A stretch of 64,000 bases of DNA from Ophelia neglecta. Its lineage: Eukaryota. Under the pieces are notes generated by a model. It worked only from the letters and a program-made list of their open reading frames with translations, searched no databases and was not told the DNA's origin. Shown here one piece after another: positions 40,763 through 55,433 of the stretch. How positions within the stretch are numbered: position 1 is the first letter of the stretch; every line of letters starts with the position of its first letter. Where the stretch lies: positions 65,782,001 to 65,846,000 of the forward strand of contig OZ260667.1 of the NCBI GenBank assembly GCA_965285935.1. The letters run 5' to 3'. The translations under genes were made by a program, and so were the position numbers.

Positions 40763-42968
40763 ACTTTACATTAGGGATGATTTTCTAAAGCAATACCGAA
40801 ATGTTAGAATAATTGAGATTTCGACGATGATAATCACAAATTGTCTATCTATTAAATATGTCATCGAAGGCTCAAAATACTCCTGCAGTCTGGGGGTTCT
40901 TTGATGAGGCGGACAGTGATACAAATTCTACAAATTGTGCTATAATATATCAAAAGTGTCTCTCGAGTTAGAGGTTAGATGTGTGTCAAGTACCACTATT
41001 GTAAACATGGCAGAGAACGTTAGGCTTGGCCTTTATAGTACATTAGATTAGAGAGGCGGGTTTAGGAAGGGGGCATAGGGTCAGGACCACATTTATGGTG
41101 AATTTTTTTTTCAATAACCTTGATATTGAAAATCGACCCGAAGCCTTCAGGTGAATGGTAACCAACCCCTTCGGGAAACGACAGGCTCCTCGGGAAACGA
41201 CAGACCGTTAAAATAGAATGTATTTTGCCCTTTTTTCTGACATTGGATTACATGTGATAATAGGGCTGGAGGTAGATGGCGGAGATAACATTGTTGTTGA
41301 TAGGCAGTAAAGAGTTATGTAATGTGGTGAGGGATATGGGGTAGTAACATAACCCGCGGATAATAATGGAGATGACGTTAGTGAAAACCAGGAGAATGCA
41401 TTTTAGCACAATGATTTTATGAAAATCAGATACGTTTGTTAAAGTTGTATTGTTTGATGATCATGTATTTACGCGGGGACCGTATAGGGGTAGAATGGAC
41501 TATGAAGGAGAATTGGGAAAGAGAAATAAATGGAGGTGGAAGCTATGTGAATGGAAGTATCAGAGCAGGCAAAACTTTAACAGCAATGATAATCCGTCCC
41601 ACAAGTTGTGTCAAGCCCCAAAGATAAGTGTTTACACAAACTTAACACTAGTCGAATGGATGAGCTTCAAGAGGGTTTAAATACACCTGATGTACACTCA
41701 CTGTATTCATCACCTGCGCAGGTAACGGTGCAGTCCAATGTAAATAGGCTACGTCTTGTATACAATCATGAATAGTAGAACATATTATAACATGCTTGTA
41801 ACAGGTATGGCTTTGCCAATCTTTGCAAGAGTGTTCATCGCTGAGATTCGGAAGTAAATCATTTTTTCTTTAATTTATTACATGAGCATGAGCATTGGAC
41901 AGGGTGAACAGTTTGTTGATATATGTAGTTAGACATATAACACAAAGAAAGACAATTAGTTAAAATAATGTTGGATTAATCACGTCATAACTTCCTGCAG
42001 GATAAGTGTAGGAGTGGGTGATATCGAGGTAAGAATCTAAACAATTTATTACATGACACAGGTGCTGTCATTTGCTTTAGACTACCTTGCTAAAATGACA
42101 GATTTATTGGAGCGCATGGCAATGGCAACTTCTTTTTTTGGTCTATATTTATATAGATAGTATTGGTAATTCGGCCATATTTAATATATAAGTAGTTAGA
42201 TATATACTATACATGTCCATGATATTTACCACTGCCCTGGTCCGCCGCCAAATGTGCGCTGTAAGGCCTCTTACTTGGCGCCTGTGTTATTTTTTCTACC
42301 TGAAAAAGGCTTTTGCTAAAACCGGAGCCTTTGCCGAGGTAAATCCCAAAATTAAAATGGAACACTAGACATGTTAAACTTGTCCCTAACCCTTCCCCTA
42401 ACCCTGAAATTAACCCTCAGCTCAGCCCCAAACCTAGCCTTGCTGACGCTTTTTTTTGCTTCCTGTCACTCTGAAATACCCATGACGTCCGCGTCTGCAT
42501 AGATTCCGCACGTCCGCGTTTAATAAATAGCCCTGAGAAATGCCGATTTAGCATGCTGCCTTCTGTAACACTTAATAAAACTATCCCGTTTTCATTACAC
42601 TAACAGTCAACTAAACAGTACCAGATTCGTGCATGCTGATGATCGATGTCCACCTCGTGAGACAAACCCTGGTCTCATATAGAAAACAATTTTAAGATAC
42701 ACATGTATGCGATAACATATACGTGTTATGCTTTAACATTTCCTTATCATGCTATTGTAATGAATGAACAATCATGTCATGGTTTGTACTTTGTGTTTGT
42801 TTAAATATATTCGAATTTCTTTGAATTCGTCATTCCACATTGCAACAGACCAACAATTTAAGTACCTAGGCTAGTACAAGCTGCAATCTATCACATTATA
42901 TACACACCTAGAACGGCCTATTTTGCATTATATGTGTCTGGTATATGCGTCGTGCTAATGAGCCGTTC

Positions 42969-42988
42969 CCTGCTGCTACCTAGCGGTC
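42969..42988 (-). promoter_or_regulatory. CTCF-like motif, copy 4
   Basis: Minus strand GACCGCTAGGTAGCAGCAGG. Confidence 0.5.
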
Positions 42989-43699
42989 ATTTTATAATGA
43001 AGAGATTTTCTAAAATACAACATGTAGGACCATGTGAATAGGTGTCGATGAATACACGTTGCAGTATAAAGGTCATTAATTGAAATAATCAGTAGTTTTG
43101 AGTACTACAATGTGTTATGTAGAAGTGGAGCGGAATGGCTGTAAACAAGGCTGCTTGATACATTGGTCTTGCTGTCAGGCAGTGCACTAACGGATACACA
43201 GAGAAAAATGGGGTCTGGACTCTATTGGTTCAAAGAATTTCCCCTGACCTCCCTCTGGATAGAAAAACCCATACAGCACATTGCCCTATAAAGTGGACCA
43301 TTCCCCTTTTAAAGCGAAATATAGACCTTATAGGTCTTGTTTAAATTAGTATCGACATACTGGATTAACGTAATGGACATTGATCATTGAAAACATACAA
43401 TCCTGGTCAACGGCAAATTGTGCACCCTATTTAATGATTATACGTTGGTGCCGCAGATACACCGTATATCATATTTAATGTACTTTAGTATATACTCTAT
43501 AGTATATACTATATATTATTATATACTGTCTAATTATATTAGCCATTTGTATCGACTTCCACTGTGCCTGCCAGTGGCGGGTCAAAGAGGTAGCACTTAT
43601 ATATCATTAATAGGGGTCTGTCCCAGAGGTAGACAAGGGTAGTTAGAAATCAGACATCATTTTAACAGATCAAGTTTTATCGAACACTGACGATGGTTT

Positions 43700-44310
43700 G
43701 TTAACTGGTTTTCTACTTGTTGACTTGCAGAAAGCTTTCGACACTGTTGACCATACAATTTTGCTTAGAAACTGGAGACCATTTGGGATGCAAATAACTG
43801 CTTTCATGCTTTAAATCATATCTCGGTGGTCAGTTTATTAATGTAAATGGTATTATGTCAGAGAGCCTAGACGTTCAATGCGGGGTGCAAAAGGGGTCCA
43901 TACTGGCCCCACTAATATTCCTGTTGTATAAGTACGACATGTAAAACTCTACAAATTGTCACCTTATGTTATATGCCGATGGCTCAACTTTAATTGCGTC
44001 TGGTCAGACTTTCGCGAAATTGAGGGTCGACTCACTATAGAGCTCAACTCTTTAAGTGACTGGCTAATCACAGATAAGCTGTCTTTGCATCTTGGAAAGA
44101 CTGAATGTTTTCTATTCAAGGGTATTGCAATTGAATATAAGACTTTTGTCAAGTACCTAGGTGCATTTATTGATCAACATATGTTGGGAGAAAATATGGC
44201 CAAATATGTGATCGATAAGATAAATATGAAACTGAAATTCTGATATCGGAATCAAAGCTACCTGAACAGCAAGGTAAGAAGGTTGTTAGGTTATGCCTTA
44301 ATACAACCGC
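43700..44310 (+). mobile_element. LINE (CR1/L2/Jockey-like) reverse transcriptase pseudogene fragment
   Basis: Motifs VDLQKAFDTVDH, CGVQKGSILAPLIFLLY, LMLYAD, LSLHLGKTE and VKYLG, with stops and frameshifts. Confidence 0.9.
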
Positions 44311-45539
44311 AATATTTTTTTAATTCGAAGGCAATATGTAATTTTCTGGTCAGTGATATTCAATGTCCCAGTCTATGTGTTGCATGTTTATTGATTGTGT
44401 GTCTAGTCAAAGCTATGCTGGGTATGTGGATTATTTTCTCGTTTTTATGGCACCGTCATCAAAATAATCGCCTGCAAATCTCTCTCTCCCCCCCCCCAAC
44501 CCTACCCAGTTACCCACACATATATACTACCCTATTTTCACCATTGCCTCCCTTAACACCTCCCAACCCATCAGCATTTATAAAGCCTCCCCTCGAACCT
44601 TCTGTCCCTCTCTGCACTGGACAATATATTATAATTAAACCACCCTTCCCCTCGGAGTCATATACGGCTGAAACCAATCAGCAGTAGCACATCCTACCCC
44701 TGTCTATTTCCCTCACGTAATTTTGACATTGTGCGACAGAAGCTTTTATAGAGAGCGGTGTTAAAAGATGAGTGTTGAGGAGCTTTATTATTCTGACTAA
44801 AAGTATGATTATATATGAAAATCTACACATTCATCATACAAAGGAATAAGTGTGCATTATCACCACTGTTTGACAGCCGTGTCCTTGACCTCAGATGTAA
44901 ACACACTGACTTGTTCGCCTGGTATTGATTGTCCCGGTGTGATAAATGTATATCAGTACTCTACGAAACGCATTTTCCTTGCGGAACACAATTGGTGCGT
45001 TCAACGACTGTGATCAGATTTGATCATGTTACGGTTCGCGTACATTGAAGAAAAAGGGTAAAAAAACTCGCACTGATTCAGTACCACTGGTAACAATATT
45101 TGGAAATATTGATGAAAATATTCCGTATGAGTATTCGCCAATAGACAATCACTGCCACTAGACAATCTAAAATTTCATATAAGCTGTCCCCATCGGCACG
45201 TGAGAGGGTCGCTTTTTTACTGTTTCCCGTTGAAGCGGTAGACAGATGTGTCATTGGCCTCTGACGGAAAGAAATTAGCGACCAAATGATGGCTACATTA
45301 TTTACTGTATTATCACCCATTTACATTCTATCGCTATATTGTGTAGAGGCTAGCTAGGCACTAGAAAAATACAGCGCGGTTCATATTATCGTTGTGTACA
45401 CAGTGCAAAGCTATATGACCTGGATTTATATTCACTGTATACACAAAGGGGATCGCTTAAACATCAACACAAAGGAGCCGCACATTGAGATTGAAATACC
45501 GGAGCGTATATCTGTGTATGATAGATGAGAAGACATAAG

Positions 45540-46054
45540 TACATACCATAAGGGTTTGGCTTGTTTGATAAAATTTATTACTCCTATCCCTCCATACTTT
45601 CTCGTCAAGTATAGCCTGTTATGTTCTTCTTGCGTTACATATTATTTTTCAATACAATTTTACAATTGTGTTCTTCTAATTCAATACCAATTATAATCTT
45701 CGACATTACAGTTTCCCGACCTTACTCCTATGGTTTTATATGTGTGTGTAATATTGTTTATATCCTTATAAGTCCACCTCTCCGGTGTTAGGCGGCCACA
45801 CAACAAATCTACATTTTGTCCATATTCGTAATTCACTTGTAAAAATGAGTTCATGATATTGAGGGCTTCTAATCCTGATAAGCAATCAGATACACATTCC
45901 CATCATCTGCACATGCCTTGGACTTGTCCTCTTTTGTAGGTAAAATAAACCATATACATTTTCTGGATTCATTTATTGTAATCAGCAAATAGTTTGCCAA
46001 GAGAATATCAAGTAAAGGAGGTAAAGGAGAGCAGTGTCTTATCCCGCTAGTCAA
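45540..46054 (-). mobile_element. L1/Tx1-like LINE RT fragment
   Basis: TSGIRHCSPLPPLLDILLANYLL...KSKACADD resembles the L1-clade RGIRQGCPLSPLLF...QYADD. Confidence 0.65.
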
Positions 46055-48068
46055 ATTAAAAATTTAGTTAGAAAACCATTTGGCATTATTTTTGTTCTGT
46101 CTTTTTACATAAAATGTTTACCCATTTTGCACTTCATCTGCACACCCGAACTTAGTCAGTGCTTTTTAGACCCTGACAAAAAATTATGCCCCCAACCCGA
46201 CCGGCAGCCTTCGCTCTAAGCTTGTAACCGATACACAACCTTCCCGGCTTTCAACACCGAATACTCAAGAATTAATATAACTAACTAGAATCAAGTCATT
46301 AGAGACGAAAAGTTGATTATTATCATCATGATTTCCCTTAAGTTTCAATATAAGAACTCATAAGAATCGCATGTGCAACATTTTATTTATGGCAATGACA
46401 ACTGCCAATTCCTATGTATGTCTGTTATTAAGTATATATTTGACAGGAATGGTGTAACCGTGATTTCTTGGTAACCTCAAAAATAGGTAGACATTATTCT
46501 TGTTAACACTCTTAACAATGACACTTACATTTCAGACCGCAATACTACAGTATTAACACGTACCCTAACCGGTACGCAACCCCTCAATTAATTACCACTT
46601 AACTCAGTGGGTCGAGATCTTTGTGGGTGGCTATAATCACTATAAATGTAGTTTATGAACGGTGACAAACACTGTGGACACAGATGACTGTTCAAAGACA
46701 GTTATGGGACGTTATATATCACAGTGCACGTATACTACATCAAACAGGACATAGGTAGGAACCCTGCTATAATGAGGACAGTATAGTTTATAACTACATG
46801 CACTAGGCAATATGTGCCCATTCAAGAACTTATACCTGAGTGTAGGGTGGTGACACCAACCGGGAAACTCCGCAACCGTTTATCGCCCACAGAAGGCACG
46901 AATGCTCATAAAATACCTGTCTTAAAAAACAAGACACTGATGTCCTATACACCAACAAGATACAGTTAATACCTACCTGTGTGTTCTCCCCTGCTCATTG
47001 CCTCATTACTGAACTTGTTATTAGTACAACACAATTTATAGAGTTAACACTTAATCTTATATGAAGGAAGGGAAGGAAAACAGCTTGGCTGTTCTAGCAG
47101 GTGGATTAACTCTCCAAAAGATATATATAGATTGTTTACGCTGTTACGTAGACACTTTTGAAATATAATATATATAAAGATAGCAGTCAATGAATTACCC
47201 AAACGTTGTATTTTATCTCATCTTTTAAAACTTCTAGGCATAATATTAGCTACACATTGCACATATTTTAGCAAAAACAATAGTTAGACAGCTGGTAATT
47301 ATTTATGCAAGCGGTAGGATAATTTAAGCAGGAATGTCTAAGGCTCGTTTTGAATGGTGCACTCTGACAAAGCAACCGACAGGTATAGTGCCAAATATAA
47401 TATTGACAAATTCCCTCAAATATCCGACACTCTGACGTTTTTAATACTACAGAATATAAATAAACCAAGCCAGGGAACATTTAGGCTTATTATATTTATT
47501 TATTCTGTCCCAGGAAGAACCCGTATATACTGATACTTTATGGTGTATGCTGCCCAGGTTTGCTTATTGACGCTCCAAGTGTAGGGACTGGATCCCCTTT
47601 AGATCTGTCACTGCTAAATGGGGGTTGGGTGGGGCTTGGATTTCTGACGGGCGTCAAGTCCACATCTAGGACAAAAAGTTGTTAATTGGGGGTGGGGGTG
47701 GGGGGGTGGGGGTGAGATTTCTGCAAACCTCCTCTCTAGATCTGTCAGTTGTTAACAGATGTGTGTGGTGGGGGTTAGTAGGCAGGAAACCGGCACTGCC
47801 TACTTTAGCAGACAAGTCATAAGACATTGTCATATTATCCTGATTGTCAACTTCGGCTGACAGTCGTTTATCCCACATACCCCAACACCCAACCCTTCCG
47901 CACACATATACCGTCTTCTTGCAACCTTTGCCTCCCTTAACACCTCCCAAGCCATCAATATGTGTGAAACCACCTCGGCGTTAAATATTTCGGTTTGGGA
48001 CGAAAATCAATACCTTAAACCCGCACTGGTCTAAGAGTTCATTAGGAAACAGCATTGGCAAAATACAG

Positions 48069-48254
48069 NNNNNNNNNNNNNNNNNNNNNNNNNNNNNNNN
48101 NNNNNNNNNNNNNNNNNNNNNNNNNNNNNNNNNNNNNNNNNNNNNNNNNNNNNNNNNNNNNNNNNNNNNNNNNNNNNNNNNNNNNNNNNNNNNNNNNNNN
48201 NNNNNNNNNNNNNNNNNNNNNNNNNNNNNNNNNNNNNNNNNNNNNNNNNNNNNN
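48069..48254. other. Assembly gap (N run), followed by a (TA)n microsatellite at ~48262-48310
   Basis: Directly visible. Confidence 1.
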
Positions 48255-48258
48255 CCCC

Positions 48259-48313
<55 letters not shown>

Positions 48314-49425
48314 TGGCTGTTATTATTTGGGCATCCAAATTTGGCCAATCAGGTACAGGAATCCTTTTCTGTAATTTTGCTAAAACAGGGGCAGGTATGG
48401 GGCCGTTCGACAGAAATACTACATTTCTACTAACCTCCCTCCGTCCAAAGTTTCTAATATTGCATTCCTTACTATCGATGATTTGATGATATCAGTTTGA
48501 GATTTATACGTCAATGGGCCAAACGACTTGCGGAATACAATTGGTTGGGTGCATTAAGCTTTCCGTAATGAGGTTCGGTCATTTTACGGATCTTATACAT
48601 TAAGGAAAAATTAGGACAACTTGTAATGATTCAGTACCATTGGTGAAAATATCATCGGAAGTGTTCTTGAAAAATGTCTATTCCATTGTACTACACGAAG
48701 GACGCCAGTTTACGGGAGTTCGCGTTTGGTGAGGTAGATTACGGATCACTATCACCAGACAAGCTAAACTATAGTTGTACCCATAGGTACGGGGGGGGGC
48801 TTGTTGTATATACTCAATATATTGTCATGGGATGGTCTGCATAGAATTGGCTCAAAGCATAGCTCGTGTGGTTTCTCAGTGACTATTTTGTATCCTCAGG
48901 CATAGCTGTAAAGGAATCAGCATTAGGTAACTGTAGAGGTGAGGGGGGAGGGGGCTGGAAAATAATCTTCTATCAAACTTTTATATAAGTGCATGGGAGT
49001 AAAAGTTAGAATTGCATTCTCGAGGGTGAAATATGAGTTGCTAGGTAAGAAGAGGGACGTTTACTATGGTCAGTTACCAATTTCCTCTTTGTGCTTTAAT
49101 ATGTTCTATTATTTTTCGTCTGATCTTGCATTTAGACTTGGAAGAAAGTTTTGAACTTACGCGGTGGCTGTTGGGGCCGAGAGCCCGCTTGTGTTCTATT
49201 GGGAAAGTTTTCGCGGTCTTCGTTTGCCTTCCTGATTTATCCTGTGTTTTTATAAACCACTTTATTTGTGATTAACTTCTTCGACTTTCGGCATTCCACG
49301 AATGAGCTTGTCATTTCGTCACTTTCCTTCGTTAGTACAGCCGTCACCTATCACAGTATACAACAACTAGTAGGGAAAGACCTATTTTGCATTATTCATG
49401 TCTCTGCTGTGGGAGTGCTCCCGTT

Positions 49426-49445
49426 GCTACCGCTACCTGGCGGTT
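49426..49445 (-). promoter_or_regulatory. CTCF-like motif, copy 5
   Basis: Minus strand AACCGCCAGGTAGCGGTAGC. Confidence 0.45.
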
Positions 49446-50616
49446 GCATTGCGATGCAGTGTTTAGTGTTTAGCAAGTTAGCATATAGTTCACGCTGGCT
49501 CGGTGCCAGGCGCACTTGCAATAAAACATCGCTTGTTACATTGGCAGGGACGGATATCAAGGACACGCAGGATCTGGGCCGTTTTTCTTTAAAGAGGTTT
49601 CCCCAAAACGCTCTATCGATGTGAACAACCATCCTATTCCATTGAAGTGAATGTGGAGCCATCAAGCGAATTATAGCTCCTACCCTTATAGGCCTTGCTA
49701 ACAGACCGTTCTCCACGGCGTGTATGTTGAGCTTCGTCTGTTATTGTCAAATAAACGTGTAAGGGCATTTGGCAATAAAAACAAGGTCAGTGTAAAGTCG
49801 TGAGGCCTATAAAATGGATTAAAGATTTGGATTTCTCGGGTACTCAAGAGACCCAGCTCTCACTACGTGCGACACACCTTAGTATAGGCGCCATGTATTA
49901 AAGCTGTATTGTTTTGACATGTAGATAAATCTTTTCATACGAATGTAAAGTGAAGATATTTGGTCACCAGGTAAAACGGCTTTTTATTTTAACATGTATC
50001 TGACATATTCATTGCTATTAACATTGTCATCTGTGATACCCTGCTTTGTTTATCCTAACCTTATCCAGCAGTTTATGGGTTCGAGAATCGCCGATGTAGC
50101 ATCCTGCCACTTGTTTGCAGCCGAAACTTTCCAATAAAACTATCCTTATTATATTGCATTGAATGAACATACATTTAATAGTTTTTACTTTATGTTTTTT
50201 TTTCATTTCACACATTTAATGCGTTAAATGTTTTTTCAGTTGTCGCCACCAGACACCTTACTCCCTTTCAGTCCACAATATCTGTGTCGAATACTGTAAA
50301 CAGGGAAATAGTTGCGATGGAATATTAGCGCAAAAAATCACCCCCACTTAAATAACGTGTGCAGTCTGGGGGTTCTTTGATGAGAGTAACAGTCTTACAA
50401 ATTATACATATTGTGGTATAATATTTCAGGAGTGTTTATAATGTGAGAGATTATATGTGTGTCAAGTGCATTTGATGGCAGAGGAAGTTAGTATAGTACC
50501 CTGGAGGATGATTTGGAGAGGCGGGTTTAGGAAGGGGGCATAGGGTCAGAACCACATTTACGGTTGTAGTATTGATCTATATCTCATGACCGAAAACAGA
50601 TGTCAGCAGGTTCATA

Positions 50617-50635
50617 GAGATAGACAGAGAGAGAC

Positions 50636-50672
<37 letters not shown>

Positions 50673-50680
50673 GATACAGA
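50617..50680. repeat. (GACA)n/(GA)n microsatellite
   Basis: Directly visible. Confidence 0.9.
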
Positions 50681-52174
50681 CGGATGTAATCAATTGTCTT
50701 TTAAGGCCTACGACCTGGAAAAGTCGGATTTTGAGTAAATTCCATAGTATGCAATGTGTCAATGCTTATCAAAGGCAACCATTACACGATAGAAATAGCA
50801 TCACATAACTCGAAATATCAACAGCACACGCATATGATGCTTTGAAGCAGACATGGATCAGAGAGTCTGGATTTGCATTTTTTCACAAGTTTACAATTCT
50901 TGTCTCAAGTAGTCCAAATCCATTAAATGAATGTAAAGGAAGTGACATTAGCTATAAAGAGAAGTAATAAAAACAAATTTATTGTAACAATAAATGCATT
51001 TCTTGTTTTCATGGGAGTATTTTGTTTTGATAACAGTTATATTACCTATTGTACACACATGCCATTCTATGCTACATTTTACTGGTACAAGCCAGCCTTA
51101 AGGTAATTAGCTATGCAGACTAAACTATTGTGCCAAAGGGGTGAAGGTGGCAAAGCCATTGACCGGATAATAGGCCAGCCCAAAAGCAGCCATGCGGATC
51201 AAGACTGGCCTGTTCTACAGACTATCTGCCTTTCAGCGAGCTTCACTCTTACCAGATAGGTGTGTTTGGAAATTCTCCTACCTATAGCACTGATACATGT
51301 GGTCGGCGAGCAATTGGGTTAGTGTCTCTGCTAGTTTTGGTACTTCTTCATAGCCATTATGTTCACTGTAGAAATATTTGGACATTCATTCATTGCCTAC
51401 TGGGCAAATCCCAAATATACTGATACATTCCATTGGAAGTTTCAGAATACTTTAGTGCTAGAGGCACTTGTACAGTTCTCTCATATTTGGTTGATCTGGC
51501 CTGAGGCTACATGAACTAGCTGCCTGGTGTGCGCCCAAAATTGGGGATCAACGCTATACCATCTGCTGGTTTCCTTATAGAAGGCTAGGGGGTAAAATTT
51601 GTACGCATTTGAACTGTCTTCTAAAGAGGGCTGTATTGTGTTAATACCCCTAGCGATTTCAGTGGCCTTGCTCATACTTGCTATGTTTTACTATACACAA
51701 GGGTGATGAATTAGCATCCCTTGGGAATTTCAATATTGTATTAGTTTGTACCATAGCAAAAACGATAAGATTCTATACGAGCCAATTCACATATTGCTCG
51801 CCGACCACTTCACCTGAATACCCTGGGAGAGTGGTACCTCTACTGAGATATCAGAGGGGCGGTGCCGAAAGCATTTAAATTTCTCAACGACTCGTAGTGG
51901 ACAATATTACTATTATTGAGCATCCATAGTAGAGTGGGCTCACTTTGATTATACAATTATAACCTATTGTAAGTCACAAGCTTGTACCTATTATCAGTAG
52001 ACGAGTGTTCCCCGGTGTAAGCGTGCGTGAAAACTTCGGGCCTGCCATTTATACTATATACAGCACGTATATTATATTTGCCACCTGGATAGTAACCACG
52101 CGGAATGGTTATTATCGGCTATGTTTTTCCACAATGCTGGACTTAGCTAGATATGGCCTATTTCGCCTTATTAC

Positions 52175-52710
52175 TGTTATTTGTGGCTTTATTGGCCTAG
52201 CATATTATAACCATTCTCTATATTTGTGCTCGCCTCGTGCTTGCGCCGGAATGTGTTATATAATCGAACCTATTGGGTCACGCCCAGCCATGCTTTCTAT
52301 AAGCTTGACTTGGCTGGACGGGGTCCGTGCTACTTGCTGGCCAAAATTATTTAACTATGGTTTATCGGCCTGTCGTATTATAACCATTCTCTACATTTGT
52401 GCTCGCCTAGTGCTTGCGCCTGAACGCGTTATATAATTGCACTTATTGGGTCACATCCGGCCATGCCCGTTATAAACGGGACTTGAATGGATGTGGCCCG
52501 TGCTTACGGCGGGCCAAATAACCATATATTTGCACTTATCGGGACACATCCGGCCATGCTTTTTATAAGCTGGATTTCGTTAGATGTGTCCCGTGCTTAT
52601 GGCTGGCCAAATACCCATATAAGTGCACCTATTGGGTCACATCCGGTTATGCTTTTTGTGAGCTGGACTCGGCTAGATGTGGCCCGTGCCTATGGCTGGC
52701 CTACTAGCCA
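52175..52710 (+). repeat. 93-bp tandem repeat, plus a higher-order ~174-bp duplication, inside the Ngaro 5' region
   Basis: GATGTG(G/T)CCCGTGC recurs at 52490, 52583 and 52676; TATTGGGTCAC-like motifs at 52271, 52445, 52537 and 52630. Confidence 0.85.
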
Positions 52711-55433
52711 TACTAATGTGCTGCGTCAGGCAACTGACCCATAGGCCGAATACAATTACACGCTTGCGTCACAGGGGATATTCGTCTTAGGTATAACTAT
52801 GACAAATATACATGTCTCAGGTACATATATTAACACCCTTATTATTAAACGTGACGAGTTATGGACCCTATATCCTTTTTCCTAAGTAATATGTAGGCAA
52901 CTGCTAGTCGGTAATGTACGTACAACACTGGTTGGGTAGCAAGTGTCTAAAGTTGAACAGCTTAGGATATTATACACGCATACTCTGGTCGGTCAGTATC
53001 TGTTTCAGCATGGCTCCGACTAACAAGAAAACAACCCATGGGGACCATCCGGAGAAACGGCCGTATCACACAAGGCAAACAACACCAGATTCCTAAACAT
53101 CCAAGCCCTCAAAAGCATGTCTACAGTTACCCATGGTCCTCAGGACGCCATCAAGGAGGACCCAGCGAATAACCACGATTAGCGGATTTCCGTTTCGAAC
53201 CTGGATATCAACGACGCAACACCGTCGGCATCTGATACACACGAGCCCAGTCGGCCAATTGAGGATTATGACCAGGTCACCGACATACCAGCCAGCAGGG
53301 AACTCACCACTCTAGACTAGAGAAAAACTGCAGTATTGGCACTACAAGGTAACCAGGCGGCTAGTCACGATTCCTTTAATTGGCCAACAACAGCCCAAAG
53401 TTCTAGCATGCCCCTGGGAGGGGGGATAAAATATACCCTTATATCATAGAATAGCGCCAATCAGTACGGAGATCTTGCCTCACTCCTTGCCCATAATGAG
53501 GATATTAACATACGTTTTACGTTAATAGAAAGAAACAATCAACCTTCGATTCCCATTGAAGATTCTAGAAACCTGACAAGATCAATTCCTTCGATGAGTG
53601 GACCCTAGTCTTTGTCACCTACACGGCTACCTATTTAGAGACCTTTCCGTAGGCTGGGCCCTGATTTATGAGATATATCCCAACCATTCGAGAGATCCAT
53701 CACTCCTGCCCAAACGATATATGGTACCAATATGACATTATGCACATAAAGGGCTACCTTTATATTTGAAGGGTTTACAGGGGGTTAGCGCATTGGTTAT
53801 CAGGGGCCACCAAAAGCTAGGATAGTAAAGAATCACACAACAGTTTAAAGAAGCCCAACATAGCGACAAAATCCATTCATATAGAAGTATCCTTAAACAG
53901 AGTAGCAGAACCTGTCCTAGAACCTCTGAGCTGATATGCAGTCCCTTAGGCCTGGTGCTCCTGTCAATTGGTATATACCCGACGAAACCTATTTAGAACA
54001 TTTAAACCTGTTACTAACGTTCTGTGAAGAAGTAAGCATACCGATTAATGAAAGACCTTTAAATGTCGCTATAGCTCATGGTGTCGGATGGTGATACTAT
54101 CTGTATGGAAATCCACATGCCATTAGACAAAATTCGGATAATTTAATCCGCTTTGGTATCAATTGCCCGTCCCTGGGAATTTTGACACTATAGCAGTTGC
54201 CCTGGGCCGTGCCTTCGTCGTGACATGCCACGCTAACAAACCACACCACCATATTCATTTGAATAATGAGGCGAAGCATGGTATTCTTTATTAAGAGTTA
54301 CAACGGTACTACTTTATTCTTAATCCAATATTGCATATCCTCCGATCTGTTGAATCTCTACACGTATGCACCTTCCACGGTAGGGCTAGCTGCACTTAGG
54401 AATACAAAAGGGTTTATTTCCCTTTCCCAAAGTCCTGGGCCGATCTCTCAACTCCATTGTTGGAACTGGTGCCAATCGTCTTGGCGGTAGAAGTTTGGGT
54501 GATGCCTGGCGCATTCAGTGGGTGTTATTTCACACCGATAATAGGGGTACAGTAGACATTATCAATAAACAGACTTCAAGAATCCCCAATTCATGTGTTT
54601 AGTGCAACTCCTCGTACTTGCATATATGAAGTACAATATCTTGTTTCATTCATCCTTTCCTATTCCTACAAGTGTCCTCTGCTCATGCATAGGTCCTAAA
54701 TTTGACCAGGGCTTAGCTCCCGCCACAATAACTTCTCATTGGGCAGCAATTTCCTATTGCCATAAGCTCTACAACCTCCCCGCTCTTACCCAAATGACCA
54801 CTGCATCTAGACCAGTTACATTGCCGATCAGAGAATGCCACGATAGGCATGTGTCCTACAACAGCACTAACGTCTTGTATTAAAGCGAGAGGAACTTACC
54901 CTGGTCCGCTGTTTACCTGCCTAGACGGCAAGCCAGTGTCTAGATACTGCTTTACAGAACATAAGTGCCTGCCTAAATCAGGCGGGCTCGGCCCCAATTT
55001 ATACAAGGGCCATAGTGTTCGAATATGAGATGCTTCGGTCGCAGTTAAACAAGGGAAACCCGACCTAGAAATCCAAGCTACGGGACTGTGGCATTCGAAT
55101 GCATTTCAGAAATACATACGGTTATAATATACACTTGGGTTAAGGTCTATCTGGGGTAGACATGCCCATACCCCCGAAGATTCCACACAAATAGGGGCTA
55201 GCCGCCTGGGGTGCCTATTATTCAATTCTGCACACTTGTCATAAATTGTCACCCAATTTATATTACGCATTTCACTATGTCATACGTAACAAATAGATTA
55301 GGTTTATACACCATGTCATCTTATGTCATACTCTTACTTGTAGATGCCCAACAGGTGTCAGCACGCATGATGCAGGTTTGGTAAAAATCGCAAGTCGACT
55401 CTATTGCATCGATGCTTTCAGTTTTTAGATATA

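Noticed and set aside
42385-42440. Interstitial telomeric repeat (CCCTAA-like; also ~32520)
   Set aside because: Only a few degenerate units, typical of repeat-element interiors.
46700-46880. Chitin-binding (CBM14) or C-type-lectin-like translation of the repeated exon-like block
   Set aside because: Cys spacing is incomplete and not conserved among the three copies, and the frames examined contain stops.
48031-48348. ORFs spanning the N-gap and (TA)n tract
   Set aside because: Artefacts of Ns and the microsatellite.
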